Shown here in pieces: positions 21,036-37,320 of a DNA stretch of 64,000 nt. The stretch's first letter is position 1, and each line of letters begins with the position of its first letter. Source of the stretch: Escherichia coli (GTDB lineage: Bacteria; Pseudomonadota; Gammaproteobacteria; Enterobacterales; Enterobacteriaceae); assembly GCF_003334355.1 (NCBI RefSeq), contig NZ_QOWP01000008.1; one strand, written 5' to 3'. Below the pieces are notes generated by a model. It ran no database searches. It saw nothing but the letters and a program-made list of their open reading frames with translations, and had not been told where the DNA came from. Made by a program: the position numbers and the translations under genes.

Positions 21036-23144
21036 TTAATTTCGGTTTCGGGTGACTTTAATCACGTCTGGCATCACGCGGATTTTGCGCATGATATTCG
21101 CCAGATGCACACGGTCACGAGCGGTCAGACGAATAAAGGCGCTGTAGACGCGACCATCTTTCTCTTCCGTATTCAAACTTTGAATATTCGAAGTCGTGGT
21201 GTTAATTGCCGCCGTCAGGTTTGCCAGCGCACCCTGATGATTGAACATCTCCACCTTGATTTCGGTGATGAACTCCTGCGCCGTCTCTTTATCCCATTCC
21301 ACAGCCATAAACTTCTCTGGCTCTTTCTGGTAGCCACGGATATTACGGCAGGATTCATGGTGGATCACCAGACCTTTACCGGGGCTGACGTGGGCGATAA
21401 TCGGGTCGCCAGGAATAGGGCGGCAGCATTTCGCAAAGGTGATCAGCACGCCATCGGCACCTTTAATGGGCAGATGTCCGTGGCTTTGGGTTGCCGGTGG
21501 AATGGAGGCGTCCCCATGTTGCAGATTTTTCGCGACCACCACGCTCATTGCGTTACCAAGTCCGATTTCTGCCAGCAGATCGTCAAGCGTTGCCAGCTTC
21601 ATGCGATCCAGCTCGCGCTGAATATTTTCCTGCGGGATTTCATTCAGCTTACGGCTACCACCCAAAGCATGGTTGAGCAGACGACGGCCCAGGCTTACAG
21701 AATCATCACGCTTGAGGTTTTTCAGCAACTGACGAATTTTGGCGCGCGCTTTCGAGCTAACGACAAAGTTCAGCCAAGCGGCATTCGGGCGAGCGCCCGG
21801 AGCGGTAATGATTTCAACGGTTTGACCGCTGGTAAGCGGCTGCGACAGCGGGTAAGGCTGGCGGTCAACGCGTGCGCCCACGCAGGCATGACCGATATCG
21901 GTATGCACTGCATAAGCGAAGTCGACGGGCGTTGCACCGGCAGGCAGCTCGACAATGCGCCCTTCCGGTGTGAAAACGTAAATCTCATCCGGGAAGAGAT
22001 CGGATTTAACGCTCTCGATAAATTCAAACGAACTACCGGCGCTCTGTTGCAGCTCCAGCAGGCTTTGCATCCAGCGCTGGGCGCGGATTTGTGCGGTAGT
22101 ACTGGTTTCGCCGTGCTCTTTATAAGCCCAGTGCGCGGCAACACCCATCTCCGCCATCTGATCCATATCTTCGGTACGGATCTGGACCTCAACCGGCACG
22201 CCGTGCGGGCCAATCATCGAGGTGTGCAACGACTGATAGCCGTTCGCTTTTGGAATGGCGATATAGTCTTTCACGCGGCCCGGACGCGGCTTGTACAGGC
22301 TGTGCATCTGGCCCAGCACGCGATAACAGGTGTCAGAATCATTGACGATCACGCGGAAAGCGTAGATGTCCATGATTGAGTGAAAACGCTGCTCTTTGAG
22401 CACCATTTTGCAGTAAATCGAATAAAGATGCTTTTCGCGACCACTGACGCGGCACGGTATTCCCGCTTCCTGCAAACGCCCTTCGATTTCAGAGAGGATT
22501 TTTTGGATCATCTCTTTACGGTTGCCGCGCGCGGCTTTCACCACTTCTTTAATTACGCGGTAACGATTGGGATACAGCGCCTCAAAACCCAGCTCTTCGA
22601 GTTCGGTTTTAATGTGGTGGATACCTAAACGGTGCGCCAGCGGGCTATAAATTTCGAGAGTTTCACGGGCGATGCGGCGACGTTTGTCCGGGCGAAGTGA
22701 GCCCAGCGTGCGCATGTTGTGGGTACGGTCGGCAAGTTTGATGAGGATGACGCGGATATCCTGCACCATCGCCATAATCATCTTGCGAAAGTTTTCGGCC
22801 TGCGCCTCTTTCTTATCGCGGAACTTGAGTTTATCAAGTTTCGACACCCCCTCTACCAGCTCGGCGACGCTTTTACCAAAAAGCTGTTCCATATCCTGGT
22901 AGGTGGCGGGAGTATCTTCAATCACGTCATGCAGCAGCGCCGCCATCAGCGTTTCATAGTCGAGTTTCATCTCGGCCAGAATGCAGGCAACCGCTACCGG
23001 GTGCGTGATATAGGGTTCACCGCTTGAACGTGTTTGCCCCTCGTGAGCATCACGTGCAACGAGATACGCCTGCCGCAGACGCTTGATTTGGTCTTCCGGC
23101 AGGTAGGTTTGAATCAGTTGATTCAGGCTTTCAAACAGATACAA
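21036..23144 (-). CDS. spoT: bifunctional (p)ppGpp synthetase/hydrolase SpoT, 702 aa
   Basis: 702 aa; HD hydrolase motif (HDVIEDT), RelA/SpoT synthetase domain, TGS and ACT regions; TTG start codon at 23142-23144. Confidence 0.9.
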   Translation of the reverse strand: MYLFESLNQLIQTYLPEDQIKRLRQAYLVARDAHEGQTRSSGEPYITHPVAVACILAEMKLDYETLMAALLHDVIEDTPATYQDMEQLFGKSVAELVEGVSKLDKLKFRDKKEAQAENFRKMIMAMVQDIRVILIKLADRTHNMRTLGSLRPDKRRRIARETLEIYSPLAHRLGIHHIKTELEELGFEALYPNRYRVIKEVVKAARGNRKEMIQKILSEIEGRLQEAGIPCRVSGREKHLYSIYCKMVLKEQRFHSIMDIYAFRVIVNDSDTCYRVLGQMHSLYKPRPGRVKDYIAIPKANGYQSLHTSMIGPHGVPVEVQIRTEDMDQMAEMGVAAHWAYKEHGETSTTAQIRAQRWMQSLLELQQSAGSSFEFIESVKSDLFPDEIYVFTPEGRIVELPAGATPVDFAYAVHTDIGHACVGARVDRQPYPLSQPLTSGQTVEIITAPGARPNAAWLNFVVSSKARAKIRQLLKNLKRDDSVSLGRRLLNHALGGSRKLNEIPQENIQRELDRMKLATLDDLLAEIGLGNAMSVVVAKNLQHGDASIPPATQSHGHLPIKGADGVLITFAKCCRPIPGDPIIAHVSPGKGLVIHHESCRNIRGYQKEPEKFMAVEWDKETAQEFITEIKVEMFNHQGALANLTAAINTTTSNIQSLNTEEKDGRVYSAFIRLTARDRVHLANIMRKIRVMPDVIKVTRNRN

Positions 23145-23162
23145 GGGCGACCCGCTTTGTGA

Positions 23163-23438
23163 TTAACGACGACCTTCAGCAATAGCGGTAACGGCTTGTA
23201 ATTCAGCGGCTTCCTGCTCTTGCTGTTCCTGGCGTTCGCGAACGTCGAGGATCTGGTTGTTGATCAGACCTTCTTCGATTTCGCGCAGCGCGATTACAGT
23301 GGTTTTATCGTTTTCTTCCGGTACCAGCGGATCCTTTCCGCCTACCTGCATCTGACGAGCGCGACGCGCGGCGACCAGTACCAGGTCAAAACGGTTACCA
23401 ATTTTCTCTACAGCGTCCTGAACAGTTACGCGTGCCAT
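23163..23438 (-). CDS. rpoZ: RNA polymerase omega subunit, 91 aa
   Basis: [29 protein letters not shown], 91 aa, immediately upstream of spoT. Confidence 0.92.
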
Positions 23439-23492
23439 ACTTAAAAAGCTCCACAGGTGAAGAAATGACTGGGCATGATACTGAAATCAGGT

Positions 23493-24257
<765 letters not shown>

Positions 24258-24281
24258 TATTCACTGCAATAAAGACGATTC

Positions 24282-24334
<53 letters not shown>

Positions 24335-24335
24335 T

Positions 24336-26670
<2,335 letters not shown>

Positions 26671-26961
26671 GGTTCTCTCCCTAAAAATCTGTCTGGCAGG
26701 GTAGCGATTTGTGCGTATTGTCACGATTGAGATTTTTTAAGGTGAGAGGAAATTGATAACTTGTAGTTATGTGAAATCGCTATTTTCTGTAGCGTAGATG
26801 CATTCTTCTGACTTCTTGTCTGAGAAAATGCATAAGAAAAAATAGGTTAAAATTGAGGGGGGGAAAAGAAAGGTGCAATGTTTAGCCATTGTGTTCACCG
26901 CACCTGGACTTTGGCTTACGCATCGGGTATCTCAATCAACAAAAAGAGTTTTTAGTTTCTG

Positions 26962-27786
26962 CTATTTCTTCTCTGTAATTTTTACACTGTTTTCCAACTG
27001 CTTGATGCTGACCTGCGGGGTCGGCAACTCCTCAGGCATGGTTCCGCCAAGTTCCTGAATGGTTTGCCTCACCTTGCGACCCACGTCAAAGTGTGTGGTG
27101 TTTGCTTGCTGTTTTGAATTCACGCCATCCCGCTTGAGTTTTTCTTCTGTTTGGGTAGCTCGAAAGAGATTAGCCGCCAGTTCTGTTGAACCCATATGAT
27201 CCAGGATCTTCTGACTCTTTTTCAGCCCCTTCCGCTGATGGATGGCTTTCTGATCTAATCCACCATACAGCCCCCGGTAACCATGATTCTGAAATATGGC
27301 GAAATCGATAGCTGTCGCTACCCCAGCTTGCTGCGCTGCCTCAACTAATTGTTTGTTATGTTCTTTCAATTCATTTCTCAGAAAAAGACGCTTTTCGTCT
27401 TCACGAAGTTGCCTGAAAGCTTCATCGTCAGCCAGCTCCTGCCGTCGGGTCTGGATAGCAAAATAAGTTTGCCCTGCCGCAATAACCGGTTTCGCAGGGT
27501 CGCCGTTTTGTACTACCAGGTAACAGGCATAGCGGGAGAGATGAACATCTTCAAGTTCTCGTTGAGCCCCTGAACCTAATACAACCATTTTGGTGGTTTC
27601 AACGAAATGGTCAGATGCAGCTTGATTGCTGGCTTCGCACGCTTGAGTCGCGCGGGCAAGTACCTTTTGAAAATTGCGCCAGTCCCGATAATCCAGTAAC
27701 GGTGCCAATTCTCTCGCTGACCAAAATTCTTGCCCTTCAGTGCCATAATGCCGTATTTCTTCAAAAGGTTGATGATGTTCGTTCAT
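26962..27786 (-). CDS. dinD: DNA-damage-inducible protein D, 274 aa
   Basis: ORF 26962..27798; start MNEHHQPFEE; LexA box directly upstream. Confidence 0.7.
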   Translation of the reverse strand: MNEHHQPFEEIRHYGTEGQEFWSARELAPLLDYRDWRNFQKVLARATQACEASNQAASDHFVETTKMVVLGSGAQRELEDVHLSRYACYLVVQNGDPAKPVIAAGQTYFAIQTRRQELADDEAFRQLREDEKRLFLRNELKEHNKQLVEAAQQAGVATAIDFAIFQNHGYRGLYGGLDQKAIHQRKGLKKSQKILDHMGSTELAANLFRATQTEEKLKRDGVNSKQQANTTHFDVGRKVRQTIQELGGTMPEELPTPQVSIKQLENSVKITEKK

Positions 27787-27831
27787 TGCCCACTCCATGT
27801 GATATCGATTGCAAAGAAAGTAAATCTGTAA

Positions 27832-27847
27832 CTGTATTTATATACAG
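27832..27847. promoter_or_regulatory. LexA (SOS) box CTGTATTTATATACAG upstream of dinD
   Basis: exact CTGT-N8-ACAG palindrome with AT-rich centre, about 45 bp upstream of the dinD start on the minus strand. Confidence 0.7.
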
Positions 27848-27939
27848 TTGTGAGTATCTCACGTTCTCAGTGTGCTGGGCAAAAAGACATCGCAAAATCT
27901 GGAACAGGCACGCAAAACAGAATTGAAAGTTGCGGAGAA

Positions 27940-27970
27940 GAAAAATGCCGCTCTGTTTGAGTGGGCGGCA
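27940..27970 (-). terminator. rho-independent terminator downstream of yicC
   Basis: minus strand reads atgccgcc-loop-ggcggcat followed by TTTTT, about 40 nt after the yicC stop. Confidence 0.55.
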
Positions 27971-28007
27971 TTTGTGAAGGCTGAAAAGTAAGAATTGGCG
28001 TTACGAG

Positions 28008-28871
28008 TTATTCAATGTTCTGAATCTGTTCGCGCATCTGCTCAATCAACACTTTCAGCTCAATCGCGGAGTTTGTCACTTCGGCATTGATAGACTTCGA
28101 AGCAAGAGTGTTCGACTCGCGGTTGAACTCCTGCATCATAAAGTCCAGACGACGACCAACGGCTTCTTTTTTCTTCAGAATGTTGTACGTCTCATTAACA
28201 TGCGCTTCGAGGCGGTCCAGTTCTTCGGCAACGTCAATTCGTTGTGCCAGCAGAACCAACTCCTGCTCCAGACGGTTGTTTTCCAACTGCACCTGAGCAT
28301 CTTCCAGCTTCGCGACCAAGCGTTCACGCTGCCATTGCAGGATTTCCGGCATATGGGAGCGGACTTTGACCACTTCGGCGGTGACGCCTTCCAGACGCTG
28401 CTCAATCAACGCTTTCAGCGCCTGACCTTCGGTTTCGCGAGCGATGATAAAGTCATCCAGGGTGCCATCCAACGCCGCGAGAATTTCAGCGGCAATCGCG
28501 TCGAGATCCTGCTCCTGGGCTGCCATCACGCCCGGCCAGCGTAGAATATCAACCGGGTTGATTTCCCCTTCGTCACTCTGCATTTTTACCCAGTTCGCGG
28601 CAGTTACCAGCTGTTTAGCCAGTTTTTCATTGAGGATCAGCTCACCTTGTGCGCTAACATCTGGCTCATAGCGCAGGGTACATTCCACTTTACCGCGCGT
28701 CAGGCGAGAACGAATACGCTCACGAACGACAGGTTCAAGGCTACGGAACTGCTCCGGCAGACGAAAGTAAGTTTCCAGATAACGCTGGTTTACCGAGCGC
28801 ATTTCCCAGGTTGCGCTCCCCCATTCACCCTTGATTTCACGCCGGGCGTAGGCGGTCATACTGCGGATCAT
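28008..28871 (-). CDS. yicC: YicC-family stress-induced protein, 287 aa
   Basis: 287 aa; MIRSMTAYARREIKGEWGSATWEMRSVNQRYLE; divergent from rph. Confidence 0.75.
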   Translation of the reverse strand: MIRSMTAYARREIKGEWGSATWEMRSVNQRYLETYFRLPEQFRSLEPVVRERIRSRLTRGKVECTLRYEPDVSAQGELILNEKLAKQLVTAANWVKMQSDEGEINPVDILRWPGVMAAQEQDLDAIAAEILAALDGTLDDFIIARETEGQALKALIEQRLEGVTAEVVKVRSHMPEILQWQRERLVAKLEDAQVQLENNRLEQELVLLAQRIDVAEELDRLEAHVNETYNILKKKEAVGRRLDFMMQEFNRESNTLASKSINAEVTNSAIELKVLIEQMREQIQNIE

Positions 28872-28997
28872 AGACGTTCCTGTTTATAAAAGGAGAGGTG
28901 GAAGGATTATAGCCATCGATGCCTTGTCAGGATAGGAATAACCGCCGGAAGTCCGTATAATGCGCAGCCACATTTGTTTCAAGCCGGAGATTTCAAT

Positions 28998-29714
28998 ATG
29001 CGTCCAGCAGGCCGTAGCAATAATCAGGTGCGTCCCGTTACCCTGACTCGTAACTATACAAAACATGCAGAAGGCTCGGTGCTGGTCGAATTTGGCGATA
29101 CCAAAGTGTTGTGTACCGCCTCTATTGAAGAAGGCGTGCCGCGCTTCCTGAAAGGTCAGGGCCAGGGCTGGATCACCGCAGAGTACGGCATGCTGCCACG
29201 TTCTACCCACACCCGTAACGCTCGTGAAGCGGCGAAAGGTAAGCAGGGTGGACGCACAATGGAAATCCAGCGTCTGATCGCCCGTGCTCTTCGCGCGGCA
29301 GTAGATTTGAAAGCGCTGGGTGAGTTCACCATTACGCTGGACTGCGACGTGCTTCAGGCTGATGGTGGCACGCGTACCGCGTCGATTACGGGTGCCTGCG
29401 TGGCGCTGGCAGATGCGCTACAGAAGCTGGTGGAAAACGGCAAGCTGAAAACCAACCCGATGAAAGGGATGGTAGCCGCAGTTTCTGTCGGAATTGTGAA
29501 CGGCGAAGCGGTTTGCGATCTGGAATACGTTGAAGACTCAGCCGCAGAGACCGACATGAACGTAGTGATGACCGAAGACGGGCGCATCATTGAAGTGCAG
29601 GGGACGGCAGAAGGCGAGCCGTTCACCCATGAAGAGTTACTCACCTTGTTGGCGCTGGCCCGAGGGGGAATCGAATCCATTGTAGCGACGCAGAAGGCGG
29701 CGCTGGCAAACTGA
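28998..29714 (+). CDS. rph: ribonuclease PH, full-length 238 aa
   Basis: ORF 28974..29714; start [16 protein letters not shown] (ATG 28998); C-terminus ...[14 protein letters not shown] is intact (not the K-12 rph-1 truncated allele). Confidence 0.9.
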   Translation: MRPAGRSNNQVRPVTLTRNYTKHAEGSVLVEFGDTKVLCTASIEEGVPRFLKGQGQGWITAEYGMLPRSTHTRNAREAAKGKQGGRTMEIQRLIARALRAAVDLKALGEFTITLDCDVLQADGGTRTASITGACVALADALQKLVENGKLKTNPMKGMVAAVSVGIVNGEAVCDLEYVEDSAAETDMNVVMTEDGRIIEVQGTAEGEPFTHEELLTLLALARGGIESIVATQKAALAN

Positions 29715-29720
29715 TTTTTA

Positions 29721-29747
29721 AGGCGACTGATGAGTCGCCTTTTTTTT
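29721..29747 (+). terminator. pyrE attenuator / rph terminator hairpin
   Basis: aggcgact-gatg-agtcgcct stem-loop followed by TTTTTTT, between the rph stop and the pyrE start. Confidence 0.75.
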
Positions 29748-29779
29748 GTCTGTAGAAAAGTAAGATGAGGAGCGAAGGC

Positions 29780-30421
29780 ATGAAACCATATCAGCGCCAG
29801 TTTATTGAATTTGCGCTTAGCAAGCAGGTGTTAAAGTTTGGCGAGTTTACGCTGAAATCCGGGCGTAAAAGCCCCTATTTCTTCAACGCCGGGCTGTTTA
29901 ATACCGGGCGCGATCTGGCACTGTTAGGCCGTTTTTACGCTGAAGCATTGGTGGATTCCGGCATTGAGTTCGATCTGCTGTTTGGCCCTGCTTACAAAGG
30001 GATCCCGATTGCTACCACAACCGCCGTGGCGCTGGCGGAGCATCATGACCTGGACCTGCCGTACTGCTTTAACCGCAAAGAGGCAAAAGACCACGGTGAA
30101 GGCGGCAATCTGGTCGGTAGCGCGTTACAAGGACGCGTAATGCTGGTGGATGATGTGATCACCGCCGGAACGGCGATTCGCGAGTCGATGGAAATTATTC
30201 AGGCCAATGGCGCGACGCTTGCTGGCGTATTGATTTCGCTTGATCGTCAGGAACGCGGGCGCGGCGAGATTTCGGCGATTCAGGAAGTTGAGCGTGATTA
30301 CAACTGCAAAGTGATCTCTATCATCACCCTGAAAGATCTGATTGCCTACCTGGAAGAGAAGCCAGAAATGGCGGAACATCTGGCGGCGGTTAAAGCCTAT
30401 CGCGAAGAGTTTGGCGTTTAA
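29780..30421 (+). CDS. pyrE: orotate phosphoribosyltransferase, 213 aa
   Basis: ORF 29765..30421; start [23 protein letters not shown]; PRPP-binding motif [13 protein letters not shown]. Confidence 0.9.
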
Positions 30422-30457
30422 AGAAACTCGCCGGATGAAAAGTCATCCGGCGTCATA

Positions 30458-31054
30458 TTACTGCAACTGCGCGGCAATTAGCGGCCAGCGGGCGTCAAAA
30501 TCATCCGTCGGGCGGTATTTAAATTCGCTGCGGACAAAGCGTGACAGCATACCTTCACAGAAGGCCAGGATCTGGCTTGCCAGCAGGGTTTCATCGGTGG
30601 TGTAACCTTCACCCTCACGCATTCTCTTTTCACGCAATACCTGGCGCAGCTGCGCTTCAATACGCTCGAACAGCTGGTTGATGCGCCCTTGCAGGCGATC
30701 CTGTTCAAACATTAGCGCATGACCAGTGAGGATGCGGGTCAGGCCAGGATTACGCTCACCAAAACCGAGAAGCAGCAACACAATCAGACGCAGGCGCGCT
30801 GTGGTGTCTTTCTCATCTTTCAGAATCAGGTTGATGCGAGTAATCAGGCTATCTTCGATAAACTCAATCAGGCTATCGAACATGCGGGTCTTACTGGGGA
30901 AGTGGCGATACAGTGCCGCTTCGGAAACGCCGACAGAGGCGGCCAGTTTTGCCGTCGTGATACGTTGGCTTCCATCGCTGGATTCCAGCATCAGCGCCAG
31001 AGACTGAAGTATTTCCTCGCGACGGTTCCTTTTCGCAGTTTGTTTTTCTGCCAT
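30458..31054 (-). CDS. slmA: nucleoid occlusion factor SlmA (TetR family), 198 aa
   Basis: ORF 30458..31096; start [17 protein letters not shown] (ATG 31052-31054); HTH region. Confidence 0.85.
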
Positions 31055-31160
31055 GTTACAAAATACCCCTGAAAATAAGCACTTGCCAGGCGGCACCCAC
31101 GCTATGACCGCAAACGAAATGTTTGCGGCTATGTTATGACGTTATTCGGATGCGTATGTG

Positions 31161-31619
31161 TTACTGACGACCAGAGTGACCAAAGCCGCCTTCACCGCGG
31201 TCGGTGGCGTCGAAATCTTCCACCAGATTAAATTCAGCCTGTACTACCGGAACAAAAATCATCTGGGCGATGCGTTCGCCAGGTTGAATGGTGAAGCTGT
31301 CCTGACCACGGTTCCACACGGAAATCATCAACTGGCCCTGATAGTCGGAATCGATCAATCCTACCAGGTTACCAAGCACGATACCGTGCTTATGTCCCAA
31401 TCCGGAGCGCGGCAGCATCATTGCCGCCAGTGAAGGATCGGCAATATGAATCGCCAGCCCGGTCGGAACCAGCGTAGTGTCACCCGGAGCCAGTTCTACG
31501 GCGTCGTCGAGACAGGCACGCAGGTCAAGTCCGGCAGAGCCAGAGGTGGCATAAGTCGGGAGCGGAAATTCCTTCCCAACGCGCGGGTCCAGAATCTTAA
31601 CGTCGATTTTTTTCATCAT
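31161..31619 (-). CDS. dut: dUTP pyrophosphatase
   Basis: 152 aa [38 protein letters not shown]; 3' overlap with coaBC start region. Confidence 0.9.
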
Positions 31620-32817
31620 AACGGGTCACGATCTCGTCGAGTAATAATTGGCCAAGGAGCTCTTTGCGCTCAAGCGGTAAGACTTTATCTCCGTCCTGCC
31701 AGAAAAGGTGTAATGCGTTGTTGTCGCTGTTAAACCCTTGAGTTGGCTGGGAAACATCGTTCGCGCAGATCAGATCAAGGTTTTTACGGATACGTTTTTG
31801 CCGGGCGTATTCTTCCACATTATTTGTTTCGGCGGCAAATCCAACGACGTAGGGTCGATGGTCTTTTAGTGCGGCAACGCCTGCGACGATATCGGGGTTT
31901 TTAACCATTTTTATTGTTAATTCATCACCCTGCGTGGCCTGCTTTTTGATTTTCTCTGGGGCCACGGTAGCTGCGCGATAATCAGCCACGGCGGCGCAAC
32001 CGATAAAAATATTTTGCTGCTGTACAGAAGCATTCACGGCGGCTTCCATTTCCAGCGCAGTCATCACATCAACACGTTTAACAAACGGTGGCGTCGGTAG
32101 TGAAACCGGACCTGATACCAGCGTGACGTTCGCGCCACGACGGGCAGCGGCGGCGGCGATAGCAAAACCCATCTTGCCGGAGCTGTGATTAGAGATATAA
32201 CGCACCGGATCGAGCGGTTCACGCGTCGGGCCGGCGGTAATCATAATGTTCAGATGTTTCAGGTCGTTGACGGGCGAAAAATGCGCCACCGCCATATCCA
32301 CAATGGTTAACGGATCGAGCATTCGCCCAGGACCGATATCACCACAAGCCTGACTGCCACTGTCTGGCCCCCAGATGAGCAAACCACGGGAAGCAAGCAC
32401 CTCTAAATTATGCTGCGTGGCAGCGGCACGGTACATCTGCTGGTTCATGGCGGGGAGCACGGCTACAGGCGCAGGTGTAGCCAGACAAATCGTCGATACC
32501 AGGTCATTCGCCATTCCGGCAGCAACACGGGCAATCAAATCTGCCGTGGCAGGGGCGAGAATCACTAAATCAGCCCATTTACCCAGCTCAATATGGCCCA
32601 TAGCGGCTTCGGCTGCCGGGTCAAGCAGACTGTCGGAAACGGGATACCCAGAAACCGCCTGCAAGCTAAGTGGGGTGATAAAGGCTTTTGCCGCTTCGGT
32701 CATGGCTACGCGGACGTCGGCCCCGCGATCGCGCAAACGACGCACCAGTTCAGGGGTTTTATAGGCAGCAATACCGCCGCTAACGCCGAGAACGATTTTT
32801 TTACCGGCCAGGCTCAT
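31597..32817 (-). CDS. coaBC: bifunctional phosphopantothenoylcysteine decarboxylase / synthetase, 406 aa
   Basis: ORF 31597..32889; start [20 protein letters not shown] (ATG 32815-32817); flavoprotein and DFP domains. Confidence 0.9.
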
Positions 32818-32982
32818 GATGATTTTTCCTGTTGGGTGACACCAGAAGTTGGCGATTTTATCACAATACTTTTGTTGTCGTGCCTTCACCTGAGAATCAC
32901 TTTGCGAGGCGCTTTCCAGGATTGAAAACTGGCCGTCGATTTAACGGAACGGCTATGACAGGATGCGAGCACCACAAAGGAG

Positions 32983-33657
32983 GTGAAGGTGAAAAACAAT
33001 GCACTGCTGTTGATGCCGCGCGAAAAAATGCTGAAGTTTGGTATTAGCGCCTTAACGGATGTCGAGCTGCTGGCGCTATTTCTGCGTACCGGAACGCGCG
33101 GTAAAGATGTATTAACCCTGGCAAAAGAGATGCTGGAGAATTTCGGCTCTCTTTATGGCTTGTTAACCTCTGAATATGAACAATTTAGTGGTGTTCATGG
33201 AATTGGCGTGGCGAAATTTGCCCAGTTAAAGGGGATTGCTGAACTGGCGCGGCGTTACTACAACGTGCGGATGCGTGAAGAAAGCCCTTTACTCAGCCCG
33301 GAGATGACGCGGGAATTTTTACAAAGCCAGCTCACGGGTGAGGAGCGGGAGATCTTTATGGTGATCTTTCTCGACTCACAACACCGGGTTATAACGCATA
33401 GCCGTCTTTTTTCCGGCACGCTAAACCATGTTGAAGTCCATCCTCGGGAAATTATCCGCGAAGCGATAAAAATAAACGCCTCGGCGCTGATCCTTGCACA
33501 TAATCACCCTTCGGGTTGTGCTGAACCCAGTAAAGCGGATAAACTCATTACTGAACGGATAATAAAGAGTTGTCAGTTCATGGATTTACGCGTGCTCGAC
33601 CATATCGTGATTGGGCGTGGAGAGTATGTTTCTTTTGCCGAACGCGGCTGGATTTAA
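32983..33657 (+). CDS. radC: RadC/YicR family JAB-domain protein, 224 aa
   Basis: 224 aa ORF; C-terminal JAMM-like motif HNHPSG; position between coaBC and rpmB. Confidence 0.75.
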   Translation: MKVKNNALLLMPREKMLKFGISALTDVELLALFLRTGTRGKDVLTLAKEMLENFGSLYGLLTSEYEQFSGVHGIGVAKFAQLKGIAELARRYYNVRMREESPLLSPEMTREFLQSQLTGEEREIFMVIFLDSQHRVITHSRLFSGTLNHVEVHPREIIREAIKINASALILAHNHPSGCAEPSKADKLITERIIKSCQFMDLRVLDHIVIGRGEYVSFAERGWI

Positions 33658-33699
33658 CCCGCTATGCGCGATCCTTCGGGATCTTTGTCTGTTCGGGAC

Positions 33700-33728
33700 T
33701 TGAGCACATCGCTGAGTCAGCGTATACT
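33700..33728 (+). promoter_or_regulatory. candidate sigma-70 promoter of rpmB-rpmG (TTGAGC - 17 bp - TATACT)
   Basis: -35 TTGAGC at 33700-33705, 17-bp spacer, -10 TATACT at 33723-33728, about 145 bp upstream of rpmB. Confidence 0.5.
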
Positions 33729-33852
33729 ACGCCACCTTTGAGAATCTCGGGTTTGGCATTTGGGCCTGGCAATCGAGAGTTCACATAGAACTGCGATGAC
33801 CGGGCTGTAAAGCCTGACGAGGCGCCAATACCCCATACGAAGCTCGAGCTAA

Positions 33853-34110
<258 letters not shown>

Positions 34111-34127
34111 GTACTTAGAGGAAATAA

Positions 34128-34298
<171 letters not shown>

Positions 34299-34320
34299 TT
34301 TCCGCTTTGATGTAACAAAA

Positions 34321-34346
34321 AACCTCGCTCCGGCGGGGTTTTTTGT
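34321..34346 (+). terminator. rho-independent terminator after rpmG
   Basis: GC-rich imperfect hairpin aacctcgc..gcggggtt followed by TTTTTTG. Confidence 0.5.
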
Positions 34347-34395
34347 TATCTGCTTGCCCCCATATTGACTGCATCTGTTCATTCCTGGAGATGCT

Positions 34396-35205
34396 ATGCC
34401 TGAATTACCCGAAGTTGAAACCAGCCGCCGCGGCATAGAACCGCATCTCGTTGGTGCAACCATTCTTCATGCGGTGGTGCGCAACGGACGCTTGCGCTGG
34501 CCGGTTTCAGAAGAGATCTACCGATTAAGCGATCAACCAGTGCTTAGCGTGCAGCGGCGGGCTAAATATCTGCTGCTGGAGCTGCCTGAGGGCTGGATTA
34601 TCATTCATTTGGGGATGTCTGGCAGCCTGCGCATCCTTCCAGAAGAACTTCCCCCTGAAAAGCATGACCATGTGGATTTGGTGATGAGCAACGGCAAAGT
34701 GCTGCGCTACACCGATCCGCGCCGCTTTGGTGCCTGGCTGTGGACCAAAGAGCTGGAAGGGCATAATGTGCTGGCCCATCTTGGACCGGAGCCGCTTAGC
34801 GACGATTTCAACGGTGAGTACCTGCATCAGAAGTGCGCGAAGAAAAAAACGGCGATCAAACCGTGGCTGATGGATAACAAGCTGGTGGTAGGCGTAGGGA
34901 ATATCTATGCCAGCGAATCTCTGTTTGCGGCGGGGATCCATCCGGATCGGCTGGCGTCATCACTGTCGCTGGCGGAGTGCGAATTGCTGGCTCGGGTGAT
35001 TAAAGCGGTGTTGCTGCGTTCGATTGAGCAGGGCGGTACAACGCTGAAAGATTTTCTGCAAAGTGATGGTAAACCGGGCTATTTCGCGCAGGAATTGCAA
35101 GTTTACGGGCGAAAAGGTGAGCCGTGTCGGGTGTGCGGTACGCCGATTGTGGCGACTAAACATGCGCAGCGGGCAACGTTTTATTGTCGGCAGTGCCAGA
35201 AGTAA
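34396..35205 (+). CDS. mutM: formamidopyrimidine-DNA glycosylase, 269 aa
   Basis: N-terminal MPELPEVE catalytic motif; C-terminal zinc finger CRVCGTPI...YCRQCQ. Confidence 0.92.
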
Positions 35206-35213
35206 TTCATGCG

Positions 35214-35235
35214 CGCCGGATGGCATACCATCCGG
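35214..35235. repeat. REP-like stem-loop between convergent mutM and coaD
   Basis: gccggatgg-cata-ccatccggc perfect 9-bp stem. Confidence 0.45.
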
Positions 35236-35243
35236 CATAAACG

Positions 35244-37008
<1,765 letters not shown>

Positions 37009-37320
37009 AGTAAATAGCTGACTTATGGATGTGCTGGGGATTCTATGTATTTAGCTGTGGCTTTACCATTACTTTTCCCGTTTTTGACTTAAATAGCAAT
37101 TTACCCGCCAATTCTTGCTGAACATCTATACTTTTTTTGTATTTTATGCGATTCATTGATTTCTGCTGTACGTGCAGGAAGGAATCGCAGAGCAACAGTG
37201 AAAGAATATGGTTGCTAATGATTATATTTGATTGATTTCTTTATTGAAAATCAACAATGTGCTTAAAAATCATTCGGGTCGGATTGCCGCGAAAGAAGTG
37301 ATACACTAGCGCGTCAATAT

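Noticed and set aside
20739-22379. 546-aa plus-strand ORF antisense to spoT/trmH. Similar long antisense ORFs occur opposite tdh (50710..51735, 341 aa, same length as tdh), kbl (49519..50673, 384 aa) and gpmI (55770..56852, 360 aa).
   Set aside because: They lie exactly opposite highly conserved, well-characterised genes. Their translations are low-complexity and R/H/Q-rich, typical of stop-codon-poor antisense frames in GC-rich coding DNA. No start context or independent evidence supports them.
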